41,263 bases of DNA from Cellvibrio sp. (GCA_003524365.1 DQHS01000170.1:12671-53933), one strand, 5' to 3'; counted from the first letter of the stretch, positions 19,084-29,506 are shown. Notes: a model not told the origin generated them from the sequence alone. A program made the numbers and translations.

Positions 19084-19293
19084 AATTTATCTACTTTATT
19101 GCCTGTAGGAATCAAGAGTGCCATTTGAAGATTTGATTATCCCTACAAATCAGAGCAGCAAGATGTTGTGCTAGACTTAGTCTTTGCTTGGTTGTTCGAG
19201 TACAGCTACAGCTATTTTTATAGCAGTCTAGCTTAAGGCTTCTTTTTTTAGTTCTTTTTGCAATTAGGCTTCATTTACCGTGTGGTAATCATT

Positions 19294-20823
19294 ATGAAAA
19301 CTATCATTCGTACCATTGCCGTATCCCTGTTGATGTGTTTATGTTTTTCCGTTAGTGCTGCACAAGTTTTCCCTTTGCCCGAAGGATATTTTGTTAAGGC
19401 CAAGATGCCCATGCACTTGGTCTATCCGCGTGGAGATACAGAGGTTCAGGCGCATGCCCGCCATAAGTGGGCGCATCCTGATATGGAGTACGCAATTCCT
19501 ATTGGTGTGCAGGGTGGTGCTTGGCCCTTTAAGTACGAGCTGGTTAGTGGGCCGAGTGGAGCCAAAATAGGCTCCTTGTATGGTGAAGAAAATTATGGGT
19601 CTATCACTTGGGTACCTGCTGCCAGTTCCGGCACTGTCGAGTTCAAGGTGCGCATTACCGATCAGGAATTAAAAACCGTTGAAGCTAGCTGGAAAGTGAC
19701 TATAGATCCAAGCATGTTTATTTTTGTTAAAAGCGGTGCATCTGGAACAAAAGTTGGAACGATCAATAATCCTTTGGCAAGCTTTGCTGATTGGTATAAA
19801 GATCCGAAAGATGCCAGTTATCTTAATAAAATTATTGTATTTCGAGGGGGTAATTATTCGTTGGTTGGTGACCCGACCTCAAATAATAATTTGCGTCTGC
19901 TTAAAGAATCCAAAACTCCAAGTTTAATAGGCTTCCCTGGAGAGGAACCGATTTTTGATGCATCCACCACAAAAGTTATGGTAAGTGATTTGTCGGATAT
20001 ATTTATTGCGGGGATTACTTGGAAAAATGCTCGCCAAGATGTTAGCAATGCTCATTTTTTATGGTTAACAGGAGATGTGAGTCGTGCAACTTTTTGGCGT
20101 AATCACTTCCGGGATATGAAACAGGGTTTGGTGGGAAACGATAATACTGGCCCTGTTTTTATATCATCCACTCCAATAGCCAAAGAGAATATTTTATACA
20201 AAGAAAACAATCATACGGGCATACATAACAAGGGTTTCAACGGGCACTATTTTGATGTGTATCGAGCAAGTTATGTCTTAATTGAACAGAATACTGTCAG
20301 TAATAGCAGTAGTGGGAATGGATTTTGGCCCAAAGGAACTGTTGCATTCGTGACTGTTCGTGCAAATAACGCTTACGATAATGTGTCAGGTATACAAATT
20401 GCGATAGGTTACGGCACTGAAGCTATTGATACACCGCATGACCATGAAATTTGTTGGAACAGAGTGGTGGTTCCTGTAGACCAGGATGGTCCTGCAATTA
20501 TGGTTGCTGGCAGTAATTCAAATCAAGGTAAAACGTACAACACGTATTTGTATCGAAATACTATTGTGAATGGTTATAGTGTCGTGCGTTTTGCGGGAGC
20601 TGAACCTTATGAAACTGATGCCAATATTATCGTATCCAAAAATTTAAAGACTTGGGATCTTGCAAACATGAAGACCACCATAGCTAACGTACTTGCTCTC
20701 CCTACTAATGGCGTTGTTTCAATAAATGATGCAAAATTCATCGGTAATGATTTCGGTAAAGTAGGTGCCGATGTTGCCACTTCTCCGGCCCCCGTGCCCC
20801 CACTGCAACCTAAATATCAATAA
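19294..20823 (+). CDS. Secreted protein: Ig-like N-terminal domain plus probable parallel beta-helix (pectin-lyase-like)
   Basis: Signal peptide ..SVSAA; Ig-like GG.WPFKYELVSGPSG..I...G.ITW.P...VRITD; FRGGNY followed by Asn-rich repeats (IEQNT, VRAN, LYRNTI). Fold is inferred. Confidence 0.6.
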   Translation: MKTIIRTIAVSLLMCLCFSVSAAQVFPLPEGYFVKAKMPMHLVYPRGDTEVQAHARHKWAHPDMEYAIPIGVQGGAWPFKYELVSGPSGAKIGSLYGEENYGSITWVPAASSGTVEFKVRITDQELKTVEASWKVTIDPSMFIFVKSGASGTKVGTINNPLASFADWYKDPKDASYLNKIIVFRGGNYSLVGDPTSNNNLRLLKESKTPSLIGFPGEEPIFDASTTKVMVSDLSDIFIAGITWKNARQDVSNAHFLWLTGDVSRATFWRNHFRDMKQGLVGNDNTGPVFISSTPIAKENILYKENNHTGIHNKGFNGHYFDVYRASYVLIEQNTVSNSSSGNGFWPKGTVAFVTVRANNAYDNVSGIQIAIGYGTEAIDTPHDHEICWNRVVVPVDQDGPAIMVAGSNSNQGKTYNTYLYRNTIVNGYSVVRFAGAEPYETDANIIVSKNLKTWDLANMKTTIANVLALPTNGVVSINDAKFIGNDFGKVGADVATSPAPVPPLQPKYQ

Positions 20824-20833
20824 TTTTGTTTTC

Positions 20834-20868
20834 AGCCAATACCCTTTGTTGTAAGGGTATTGGCTTTT
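20834..20868. terminator. Terminator hairpin between convergent genes
   Basis: 13-bp perfect stem AGCCAATACCCTT / AAGGGTATTGGCT with 6-nt loop, then TTT. Confidence 0.8.
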
Positions 20869-20916
20869 AATTCGCTATTAGACCCGGTAATTTCTTGTTG
20901 TCCCCATTTCTATTGA

Positions 20917-21708
20917 TCAGGCAGTCTCATTTTTTGAGCTTGACCAATGGCGCGCACCTGCCTTTTTAATGTCTTCAAAATAACCTTCGTATTTACATAG
21001 CAGTATCGTTCTCATGCCAATCATTACTCGCCTTGACCAGAGTGGTTTCTTGTGAAGTTTGCGGAGTATTTTGACTTCAACGCCCTTGGCCTTATAGGTC
21101 TTGGCAGAATATTGTATACCGGTTGGTAAGCCAGTTACTTCTGCCACAGCACGGGCAAGTCCACCCGGCCCAGTAATGTCATAAAGTAGCGATGGATCAT
21201 TTTTGATGTGTGTGTATTGTTCATCATCGAGTAATGCCGATTTGATATTGCTCAGTATTTTTTCCAACACCGGGTGCGCGGGTGCTGAACACATAAATGC
21301 ATTAAATAGTTTTGTCTTGTTTGCGTCATAGGCCACAATAAATTGGTCATTTTCCCGGATAAATTTTTTCATTGGATATTTGCATACGGTATCGATGTCG
21401 GCATAAATTCCGCCAAAGCGATAAAGTGCACAGTAGCGCCAAATATCTGCTCTGAAAGCCCCCGGGGGGATTCTCTCATAGCATTCAAGTAACTCTTGAT
21501 CAAAGTCTGCAATCATTTTTGCGCAATGAGCATCATCCACAAAGCGATAGTCACAGTCAGGATTTTTACTAGACCATGATTCGGATGCTTTATGCATCAT
21601 GATTGGAACCATGTCCGTGATAAAGGTTTGCCATACAATTCTGGGTATTGCGCGAGCAGGTGCAGGTCGGGATGAATGAATCTTTTTTGGTATTCTGTGC
21701 GTCGGCAT
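20917..21708 (-). CDS. Glycosyltransferase family 32 (DXD sugar-binding, OCH1-like)
   Basis: IPRIVWQT, ADIWRYCALY.FGGIYADID, NAFM.S.P.HP, TGPG. Confidence 0.88.
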   Translation of the reverse strand: MPTHRIPKKIHSSRPAPARAIPRIVWQTFITDMVPIMMHKASESWSSKNPDCDYRFVDDAHCAKMIADFDQELLECYERIPPGAFRADIWRYCALYRFGGIYADIDTVCKYPMKKFIRENDQFIVAYDANKTKLFNAFMCSAPAHPVLEKILSNIKSALLDDEQYTHIKNDPSLLYDITGPGGLARAVAEVTGLPTGIQYSAKTYKAKGVEVKILRKLHKKPLWSRRVMIGMRTILLCKYEGYFEDIKKAGARHWSSSKNETA

Positions 21709-21922
21709 GAGCAATCACTGGGTACTTAGGTATAAATAGTCGTCGCCACATCCAAGGAAATCAATTTTCTTTTCTGCAGCAGGTAAGTTCTTAGCGGTAA
21801 ATAAGGTAATTGGCGGTGCTCTGCGCCCCCGGATTATAAACATGATGAAGATTTGCTATTATCCCAGCCAATTCCATCAGCTGTTGTATAGTAGGTCGCA
21901 ACGATAAAATCTATAAGGATGA

Positions 21923-22774
21923 ATGTACACTATGTTTGTTTCCGATTCGCTAATCTTTGTTGAACTGCATAAAACCGCTGGCTCCCATATTGGCCGCTGC
22001 CTCAATAAAATTTTGACGGGCGAGCAGGTGGGTAAACACAATGTTGTTCCGCCAGAACTTCAAAATCGCTTTATTCTTGGTTCAATTCGAAACCCGTGGG
22101 ATTGGTATGTGTCTTTATGGGGTTATGGTTGCGATCGTAAAGGCAGTGCTTTTAGCCAAACCACCCGCCGTTACAGTGTGGATTACTATTGGCGGCAGCT
22201 TAATAAAGAAATGGGCAAAAACTGGCTGAACCCAGCGCAATATGCACGTCAGATGCTTGCTGATACTACAAAGCCGGTTGCATTGTGGAATGAGGTCTAT
22301 GCCGATAGTGGCAACCCTGAATTGTTCCGTCAGTGGCTCCGGTTAATGCTGGATAGCAAGCGCCGTTTTGATATTGGTGAGGGTTATGGTTTTTCCCCCC
22401 TGTCTGCGCACAGCGGTGTATTGACCTATCGCTATTTTAAATTATTTACCAACCTTGGTGCGCAGCTGTATTCGTTGCCAGACTTGGCAAATTCATCCAG
22501 TTTGAATGATGTGTGGAAGCAGTACGGAATAACCAATTTTGTGGTTCGTAATGAGCACTTGGAGGCGGATCTTATTGATGCGTTGACCAGCGCCAATATC
22601 CCGCTATCCGATGAGCAGCGCTTGTTTATCCTGCAGGGTAAAAATGAAAAAACCAATACGTCGTCGCGCAAAAGTATGGATTTTTACTATGACGAAGAAT
22701 CAATAGCGCTGGTAAAAAATAAAGAGGATTTTATTATTTCGCGCTATGGTTATACCGCGCCCAACATAGCGTAG
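21923..22774 (+). CDS. Sulfotransferase-like protein (Sulfotransfer_2 type)
   Basis: 5'-PSB-like FVELHKTAGS, 3'-PB-like IRNPWDWYVS, R.E.LE.D, N.S.R..., YGY tail. Start at 21923 or 21932. Confidence 0.72.
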   Translation: MYTMFVSDSLIFVELHKTAGSHIGRCLNKILTGEQVGKHNVVPPELQNRFILGSIRNPWDWYVSLWGYGCDRKGSAFSQTTRRYSVDYYWRQLNKEMGKNWLNPAQYARQMLADTTKPVALWNEVYADSGNPELFRQWLRLMLDSKRRFDIGEGYGFSPLSAHSGVLTYRYFKLFTNLGAQLYSLPDLANSSSLNDVWKQYGITNFVVRNEHLEADLIDALTSANIPLSDEQRLFILQGKNEKTNTSSRKSMDFYYDEESIALVKNKEDFIISRYGYTAPNIA

Positions 22775-22817
22775 TGAATGGCTCTATACAGCGACCTGAA
22801 ATTTGGTGAGGGGAAAA

Positions 22818-23957
22818 TTACTTGGCAGTAAGTAATGATTCTAATTGCTGCAGCATATTCTTTTTATAGGCAGTTACTGAAAAGCGATCAACTGCTTGCT
22901 GTCTTCCGGCTTGCCCCATGCGCGAACGCAGCTCACTACTTTCAGTTAATTGTAATATTGCCTGTGCAAAATGTTCAGCGGAATCACCGTGGACCTGTAT
23001 GCCGTCCACGCCGTCTTGTACGATTTCAACAAGCGCGCCAGAAGCCGAAACAATATTAGGTAACCCACACGCAGCTGCTTCTGCGACTGATAATCCAAAG
23101 CCCTCTTCATCGGATGCAAGCAGGTGAATATCGGTAACCTGTTGATGGTAGGGTGGAATTTCCGGGACTCGTTCAATAAATGTTATGGCGTCGGCAATGC
23201 CTAATTCCACCGCTAACTGATTGAGCTTTTCTTTTTCTGGCCCTTTACCTATTACTAACCCATGTAACTGATAGCGGGATTTTGGTTTTGCAATTGCAAA
23301 TGCGCGTAAAAATAAATCGACCCGCTTGTGGGGGATTAATGCGCATACAGTGGAAATTACCACAGCGTGTTGACTGATGTTGAGTGAATTGCGCAAGCTC
23401 ATCTCGCGGATGGCAGGAAAAAAAGCCTCGTCAACATCAATTCCGTTGTAAACGATTGCGGCGTCAATCTTGCATTTTTGATTGATAACAGCGTGTGTGT
23501 GTTTGCTTGGGGCAATGATCAAGTTTGCCCATGGGATCATCCAGAAATAGAAATAGCGCTTGGCGGCTGGATGATGCAAGTGTACTGCAATAGGAATGCC
23601 CAGAATTTTGCTTATAGGCAATCCCATTTGGCAAGGTAATCCGCCACTCGTGAGGATCAAGGATGGTTGCTCTTGTTTGAGAAAATGCGTTAGCTCGCGG
23701 ATTTTTTTTACATAACGCAGCAGTGGGAAAGAGATTTTACGGTCAATCATTATTTCCGGGAATTTTGATTGCAGCAGTTTGTAGGGTGGATTTTTAAGGC
23801 GGCTGACAATGACGTCGGGCTGATTGGCAATTAAAATAACTTTATAGCCTGCGGCGTCCAGGCCATCAATTGTGTGGATTAAGCAGACCTCTGTTCCGCG
23901 TAAAAAGTTACCACCAAAATGCATCACTGCTATCGTTTTGTTATTATGTTCGTTCAT
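22818..23957 (-). CDS. Glycosyltransferase family 4
   Basis: VYNGID, LIPHKR, IGKGP, EEGFGLSVAEAAA. Confidence 0.9.
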   Translation of the reverse strand: MNEHNNKTIAVMHFGGNFLRGTEVCLIHTIDGLDAAGYKVILIANQPDVIVSRLKNPPYKLLQSKFPEIMIDRKISFPLLRYVKKIRELTHFLKQEQPSLILTSGGLPCQMGLPISKILGIPIAVHLHHPAAKRYFYFWMIPWANLIIAPSKHTHAVINQKCKIDAAIVYNGIDVDEAFFPAIREMSLRNSLNISQHAVVISTVCALIPHKRVDLFLRAFAIAKPKSRYQLHGLVIGKGPEKEKLNQLAVELGIADAITFIERVPEIPPYHQQVTDIHLLASDEEGFGLSVAEAAACGLPNIVSASGALVEIVQDGVDGIQVHGDSAEHFAQAILQLTESSELRSRMGQAGRQQAVDRFSVTAYKKNMLQQLESLLTAK

Positions 23958-24081
23958 AGTCAGTATTTCTTTTGGCCAGAGGATATTGGGTTAGGTCAAA
24001 AAATAATAAACTAAAGCATCGCTCTTTGTTGGAATATATGCGGCGGTTTCGCTGCCACGCTAACAGTTACGCAAGACATTT

Positions 24082-25305
24082 TTACTGTTGTGCAATAATT
24101 TCCAGAAATGCCTGCTCCAAGGTTTGGGCACATTTTTCTGGTAGAAATAGCTCCTGCGAGCGCAGGTTGCCCTCTCTGCCCAGTTCGTCGCGTAACGTTT
24201 TATTTAATAGTAGATCTTGGATTGCATGTCGGCATTCGTCTGGATTATCCGGGTTTACTAAGTATCCGTCTTTAGCGTGATGGATAAACTCAATGGGGCC
24301 GCCAATGGCTGTCGCAATGATGGGTTTGCTTGCCCCCCAGGCTTCTGCAATGCTTCGGCCAAAGCCCTCTGGGCCAAGACTGAAATGCACAATCACATCC
24401 GCTGCGGAAATAAATGGCACCGGGTTGGTTTTAAAGCCAAGCAGAACAATTTGTTGTTCCAGATTGTACTGTGCAATGATGCACTTAATAGAGTCAAAAT
24501 AGTCTTGGTTTTCATCGGCAGAATCACCCATTAGTGCAATTTTAAAGTGCGCATGGGCTTTTAGTAATGGAATGCAAAGCTGAATAAATTCTAATTGGCC
24601 TTTGAAGGGGATAATACGCGCGGCTATTAAATACACGACATCTTGGGGCTTGGCATGCATCTGCTTGCGGGCATTGATAATACTGGCTGGGGTTTGGTGA
24701 ATAATTTCACCCGGATCAATAGGGTCGTAAAGCAGCAGAAATTTGTCTTCTGCAAGCCCCATATTTTTTTGGTATTGATCGACTAAAAATTTTGAAATAA
24801 AAATATATTTTTCCGCCGCCGCCAACACTGCAGGTGAGTAGTGGTTGTGCCAGCCAGGGCCGCGTAAATGATAGGTGAGCGGGGTATTGAGTAACTTTGC
24901 CACCCTATAGGCCAAGGGTGATATGCCATTATTGGAATGGACTAATGCAATCTCTTTTAGCTTGCTGTAATGTGCAATCCGCCTTGCAAGCAGCTTGTCG
25001 TTAATTAGGCTGATGAGAGAGAAAAGTTGCTGCGCAAGCCTGCATAATGGCTTGATGCGAATATATTTATACAGAATGTGATTAAATGCTTGCCGTTGTT
25101 TGTAGCTAAAATGATTTTTCAGGCAAAGAGTCTCAATATTTTGGGTCCACTGATGCGAAACCGCTGGATCCATAAAAGTAATGAAAACAGGTTTAACTTT
25201 TTGAAAATATTTGACAGTTTGGCCAATGCTGACGATGGCGCCACCAAAACTCTCGCCGTGTTCAATGATCAAAATAGAGGGGTTAGGCATGCCTTCGTTA
25301 TTCAT
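24082..25305 (-). CDS. Glycosyltransferase family 4
   Basis: FGGA, ARIIPFKG, PEGFGRSIAEAW; start uncertain. Confidence 0.88.
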   Translation of the reverse strand: MNNEGMPNPSILIIEHGESFGGAIVSIGQTVKYFQKVKPVFITFMDPAVSHQWTQNIETLCLKNHFSYKQRQAFNHILYKYIRIKPLCRLAQQLFSLISLINDKLLARRIAHYSKLKEIALVHSNNGISPLAYRVAKLLNTPLTYHLRGPGWHNHYSPAVLAAAEKYIFISKFLVDQYQKNMGLAEDKFLLLYDPIDPGEIIHQTPASIINARKQMHAKPQDVVYLIAARIIPFKGQLEFIQLCIPLLKAHAHFKIALMGDSADENQDYFDSIKCIIAQYNLEQQIVLLGFKTNPVPFISAADVIVHFSLGPEGFGRSIAEAWGASKPIIATAIGGPIEFIHHAKDGYLVNPDNPDECRHAIQDLLLNKTLRDELGREGNLRSQELFLPEKCAQTLEQAFLEIIAQQ

Positions 25306-25408
25306 GCATTTTTCTTCATTAAGAAGTCGTTTGTAAGATCGGGCAGTGCATTTGTACAATTGTTATTTGGTAAGTATACACTAGTTATTTGTGATTCGGA
25401 GTGACCCC

Positions 25409-26566
25409 ATGAGTTCCACTAAAACAGTCATTATTGCAAATGGAATAAACGGTCTGGGTGCTGTGCGATCTGCTGCAATAGCGGGGCTTGAAGTCATTAC
25501 CATTCTATCTGATAGAAATGATTTGGCTGCCCATAGTCGATATGCCAAGGTGAAATATTATTTGCCAGCAGATGCGCGTGCAGAAGATTTGTATCAACTG
25601 TTGTTGGAAATATATGAACAACATGGCGCCGCATCAATTATTTCTTGCTCTGATTTTTCTGTGGAAATGGTCGCTGAGATTGCCCCAAAATTAGTTGGGA
25701 TTCACTATGTGTTAGCGCCATCTGCACACACCGTACAGTTATTGAATGACAAAAAATATGAATGTCTGGCGATGGCTGAATATGGTGTGATGCTGCCGGA
25801 TACGGTAGTTAACCTGGCTGAAGATATGCCGAGTTCTTTTCCTGCGTTGATTAAGCCCCGGTCGCATCGAGACTACACGTTTTTGGGGGCCAAAAATCGA
25901 ATTTTGCATAATGAGCGCGAGTGGCTGGAGTTCAAGTCACAATATGCGACGGGGCTGGATCGTTTTATTTCGCAGGAAATTATTACTGGTCAAGACTCTG
26001 AGCTGTGGGTCTGTAATGTAACCTTTAATAAGCAGAGTGAATTAGTGTCTTGTTTTGTATTCCAGCGCTTGGGTACATCCCCTTCGCATTATGGTGTTAC
26101 CTCATTGGCACTGAGTTGTGAAAATAGTCTGCTTATGGAGGAGTGTCGAAAGATTGGCGTCGCGCTTGGGTATATGGGGCCGGCGATGATTGAATTTAAG
26201 CGATGCCCGGTACGCAACAAGTTTTTTTATATTGAAACCAATCCTCGTATCGGTATGTGCAATTGGTTTGATACTCGTTGCGGTATAAACAATATCCTTA
26301 CCAGCCATAAGGTGGCGCAAAACGAACCCGTAGCATTGGGGGTTCAGAAAAATGGAATGTTGTTTATTAATCTCAGTGGTGATTTTATTGCGAGAATGGA
26401 GGATCGTGAAAGTATATTCTCGGTGTTTTTTCTGTACTTTCGCCATCTGTTGCGCACCAAAGTTGGCGCGACTTTCTATTGGAAAGACCCTTGGCCGGGG
26501 GTTCGTTATAGTTACAACAATTTGCGCATGTTTGTGCGTCGGTCCATTAATTTCCTACGTAAATAA
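25409..26566 (+). CDS. ATP-grasp carboxylate-amine ligase (D-aspartate-ligase-like)
   Basis: NGLGAVRS, SRY, LNDK, FPALIKP, QEIITG, MIEFK, IETNPR. Confidence 0.85.
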   Translation: MSSTKTVIIANGINGLGAVRSAAIAGLEVITILSDRNDLAAHSRYAKVKYYLPADARAEDLYQLLLEIYEQHGAASIISCSDFSVEMVAEIAPKLVGIHYVLAPSAHTVQLLNDKKYECLAMAEYGVMLPDTVVNLAEDMPSSFPALIKPRSHRDYTFLGAKNRILHNEREWLEFKSQYATGLDRFISQEIITGQDSELWVCNVTFNKQSELVSCFVFQRLGTSPSHYGVTSLALSCENSLLMEECRKIGVALGYMGPAMIEFKRCPVRNKFFYIETNPRIGMCNWFDTRCGINNILTSHKVAQNEPVALGVQKNGMLFINLSGDFIARMEDRESIFSVFFLYFRHLLRTKVGATFYWKDPWPGVRYSYNNLRMFVRRSINFLRK

Positions 26567-27568
26567 TACTTTACGTATTTGCTCCTTCGCTTGTTCAAAT
26601 TTTGCCAGATACTGTATGAAATTTGGCATAGTATTCGGCAAAGAAAAGCGTGGCACGTCATAAATTCCCATCTTTTTTGTGGCATAAGTGGGTTCTGTAT
26701 TGAATGCCATTTTTATTCCATTTTCGCTCAGCGTCATTTTGTTATTGTCGTTGTAGTCGCATAGGCGACCAGTCGGATAAACAAAATATCGCTGGCTGCA
26801 TCCCAATTTTTCGTTAACTCTGGCAATTGAATCCTGTATTTCCTGGGCCGCTATTGCGCTGGGCAATTGAGACAGTATGCGATGAGTGCAGGTATGCGCA
26901 TAAACACCGTGTCCGGCGTTGTGTAGCTCCTGCGCATTATCCCAGCTCATGGGCTGATAGTTGTGATGAATATTATTGCCAAGGCTCAACCCCAGTTCCG
27001 GAAAAAGGTATTCACTTATCCATGAATAGAGATTGGTTTGATCCTGACTCTTGAGTAGATCCCGTAGGTTCCTGGTTATTTCATTCGTAGAGCTTTTTGA
27101 TTTGAGGTTTAAAAATTCGGTTTTATCGGGCAGTGTTAAGCGAATTTCCTGGCGGGCGGTATCGTTGATGGCAACGTGAATTTGGTCATCCCATGGCCAT
27201 AACTTGCGATCAATAAAATCGCTGATGAGAAAAAAATTCAATGGCATTTTAAAGTGAGAAAAAACGCTGCCAGCATTGGTGTAATGATCAATAAAGCCAT
27301 CATCAATAGTGAATACAGCAACTTTTCTGGGAATTTTTTCTCCGCTAATTAGTAAGTTATGGCATTCATCCAGCGTTAAAACTTTATAGCGGTGGTGCCT
27401 TAGGTATGCAAGACACTGCTCCAGAAATTTAACCGGCGTTCCACCAAAGGTATCCTGTTCATTCGATACTCGATGAAGCATAAAAATAGGAATTGCCTCA
27501 GGCAATAGAGCGGTAATAACACCTAGCTCACTAAGCTGATTACAGGTATTGATAATCAATGACTTCAT
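26555..27568 (-). CDS. Polysaccharide deacetylase (CE4)
   Basis: MLHRV, TIDDG, AHTCTH, FVYPTG; ATGA overlap with the upstream GT. Confidence 0.88.
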   Translation of the reverse strand: MKSLIINTCNQLSELGVITALLPEAIPIFMLHRVSNEQDTFGGTPVKFLEQCLAYLRHHRYKVLTLDECHNLLISGEKIPRKVAVFTIDDGFIDHYTNAGSVFSHFKMPLNFFLISDFIDRKLWPWDDQIHVAINDTARQEIRLTLPDKTEFLNLKSKSSTNEITRNLRDLLKSQDQTNLYSWISEYLFPELGLSLGNNIHHNYQPMSWDNAQELHNAGHGVYAHTCTHRILSQLPSAIAAQEIQDSIARVNEKLGCSQRYFVYPTGRLCDYNDNNKMTLSENGIKMAFNTEPTYATKKMGIYDVPRFSLPNTMPNFIQYLAKFEQAKEQIRKVLFT

Positions 27569-28767
27569 CGTGCTGGTTCCTGCATGCCAGAATTGCGTGA
27601 CTTTCTGCAGATTAATGTATCTAACGCGTTAATAAGATGATCGTGGGTGTTGTCCAGGGAATAGCGATTGGCCACGGTTTGTTGTGCCCTTGCACCCATT
27701 TGCGTGCGCAATGCGGGTTCGCTAATCAGTTTTAATAAGGCGGTAGTCGCAGCTTCATGGCTCTGTGCATCGTAGACAAGCCCGTCATGCTGATCGGTAA
27801 TCGCTTCACATACAGACGGTCTGTTGGGAACTACAACAGGTAATTGCGCGCGCATATATTCCAATATCGACAATGAATAACCCACCTCTCCTCTGCTTGG
27901 ATGAAAGGCTATTTGGCAGGATGCCAGTGTTGACTCTATGTTACTAATACGCCCTGGAAAGCTGGTGTACTTGTCAATGTTGAGCGCTTTAGCCAATGCA
28001 TTGAACTTCTCAATGTCTGGGCCGTCACCACAGTAAAGATAGTGTATGTGATGCTGGTTGTGTGTGTGTACCAAGCGAGCAATTACCTCGAGCGCAAAAT
28101 CGACGCCTTTATAAAAGGTCGCTCGCCCGGTGCTGACAATAATGGTATGGCCAGTAGGAATACAAAATTGTTCATTCAAATTTGCGGCATCAATTGGCGT
28201 GGTTAGCGCTGGTAATCCATTGGGGGCGACAAAACATTTATGCGCCGGTATACAACTAACATGAATCAATCGCTGCTGTACAAATTCGGTTGCGCCTATG
28301 GCGATATCCGCATTGATATAGGGAAGACGTGAGCGCAGGCTTTTAGCGATTTTTTTCCAGCCGGTGCTGGTGGTTCTGTCCCCTGGTGTGTGGTCGTGAA
28401 CCGCTATTTTTTTTACACCAAAAAATCTAAAAAATAGGTAGCTCCAGTGGCTGGTGGGGTGGTCGCTAAAGTAAATCGCCTGAACTTTGTGCTTTTTAAT
28501 AAAATTAATATGCGCTGTTAAATCTCGTGGATGCTTAACCCCAAAATTAAACTCCACGGTGCGAATCTTTGAGTCTTGAATTGCCTTGGGCAAGGTGGAA
28601 ATGCTCGGATAGGCAATCATCACTTCATAATCAGTGGAAAATTCGGCGTGAATTTTTATCCAGAAACTTTCCATTAGCCACCAGGCATAGCCAACATTGG
28701 AATCCCAATTGGCGACGCAGAGCAGGGTAGGTTTGTTATTGGGCGCTGACAAATTGTCCACCTGCAA
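27565..28767 (-). CDS. Glycosyltransferase family 4
   Basis: APNGL, GRATFYKG, GDGP, EVGYSLSILEYM; start uncertain (TTG 28767 or GTG 28761). Confidence 0.87.
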   Translation of the reverse strand: MQVDNLSAPNNKPTLLCVANWDSNVGYAWWLMESFWIKIHAEFSTDYEVMIAYPSISTLPKAIQDSKIRTVEFNFGVKHPRDLTAHINFIKKHKVQAIYFSDHPTSHWSYLFFRFFGVKKIAVHDHTPGDRTTSTGWKKIAKSLRSRLPYINADIAIGATEFVQQRLIHVSCIPAHKCFVAPNGLPALTTPIDAANLNEQFCIPTGHTIIVSTGRATFYKGVDFALEVIARLVHTHNQHHIHYLYCGDGPDIEKFNALAKALNIDKYTSFPGRISNIESTLASCQIAFHPSRGEVGYSLSILEYMRAQLPVVVPNRPSVCEAITDQHDGLVYDAQSHEAATTALLKLISEPALRTQMGARAQQTVANRYSLDNTHDHLINALDTLICRKSRNSGMQEPAR

Positions 28768-29506
28768 TTTTCATTCTGTGTGAATCAGCAAAACTATAAC
28801 CAAAATTGGCAATATCCTGTTTGTACAATTCGGCTACTTTTTGTATGGCTGCAGGTGAGTAAACATCTTTGTAGCCAGCGCGCTTGGAAGCATTGGTGTG
28901 TTTTAAATCGGTCTGGGGTAATTGCAAGCGAGTACAAATTGCATCGAAGTCCTGTTGGATGGTTTCAAAATAACCCAAATGATCAATGATCGGATTGCCG
29001 TGTCTATCGCAAATAAAATCCGATTGTGGCCATAAATGTATGTGTGCATACAGGCGTTCTGGTGTTAACCAATTTAATACAAATTCATCAAATGAATGAA
29101 TATCGGCTAAATGCTGTTTCGCCCATTCGGCGTCTTTGGCATTCCATCCGCCGCCTTTTAAATAAGAGTAGGCGGAATAAAGCCTGTCCCAAGGGTTGCG
29201 CACGAAGGTAAATTTAAAAAACTGGTTATAATCGCGGCGGCCATAAATAACGCGATATTCCTGCGCAGTGTAGTGATACGGCAATTCACCAAAAAGGCTG
29301 AGTGCCAGAGAGGTGCCGGCAGCTTTGGTGATATGCACAAAAATACATTTGTGCTGATAATAATAACGCAGGGAAAAATCACCCTTATCCGATGGGAATA
29401 CCGCCGTTTTTAAGGATTCAATTTCCTGCTGGTGACGCAACTTGTAAAACCAGAAGCGTGTTTCCTTGGGAATTAATTGGCCGTATAAATTGCGCAGCAA
29501 TTGCAT
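28736..29506 (-). CDS. Carbohydrate sulfotransferase (Sulfotransfer_2 family)
   Basis: FVHITKAAGTS (5'-PSB), FTFVRNPWDRLYSAY (3'-PB), H..PQ, G.FETI..DF, LYK.D...FGY. Confidence 0.9.
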   Translation of the reverse strand: MQLLRNLYGQLIPKETRFWFYKLRHQQEIESLKTAVFPSDKGDFSLRYYYQHKCIFVHITKAAGTSLALSLFGELPYHYTAQEYRVIYGRRDYNQFFKFTFVRNPWDRLYSAYSYLKGGGWNAKDAEWAKQHLADIHSFDEFVLNWLTPERLYAHIHLWPQSDFICDRHGNPIIDHLGYFETIQQDFDAICTRLQLPQTDLKHTNASKRAGYKDVYSPAAIQKVAELYKQDIANFGYSFADSHRMKIAGGQFVSAQ

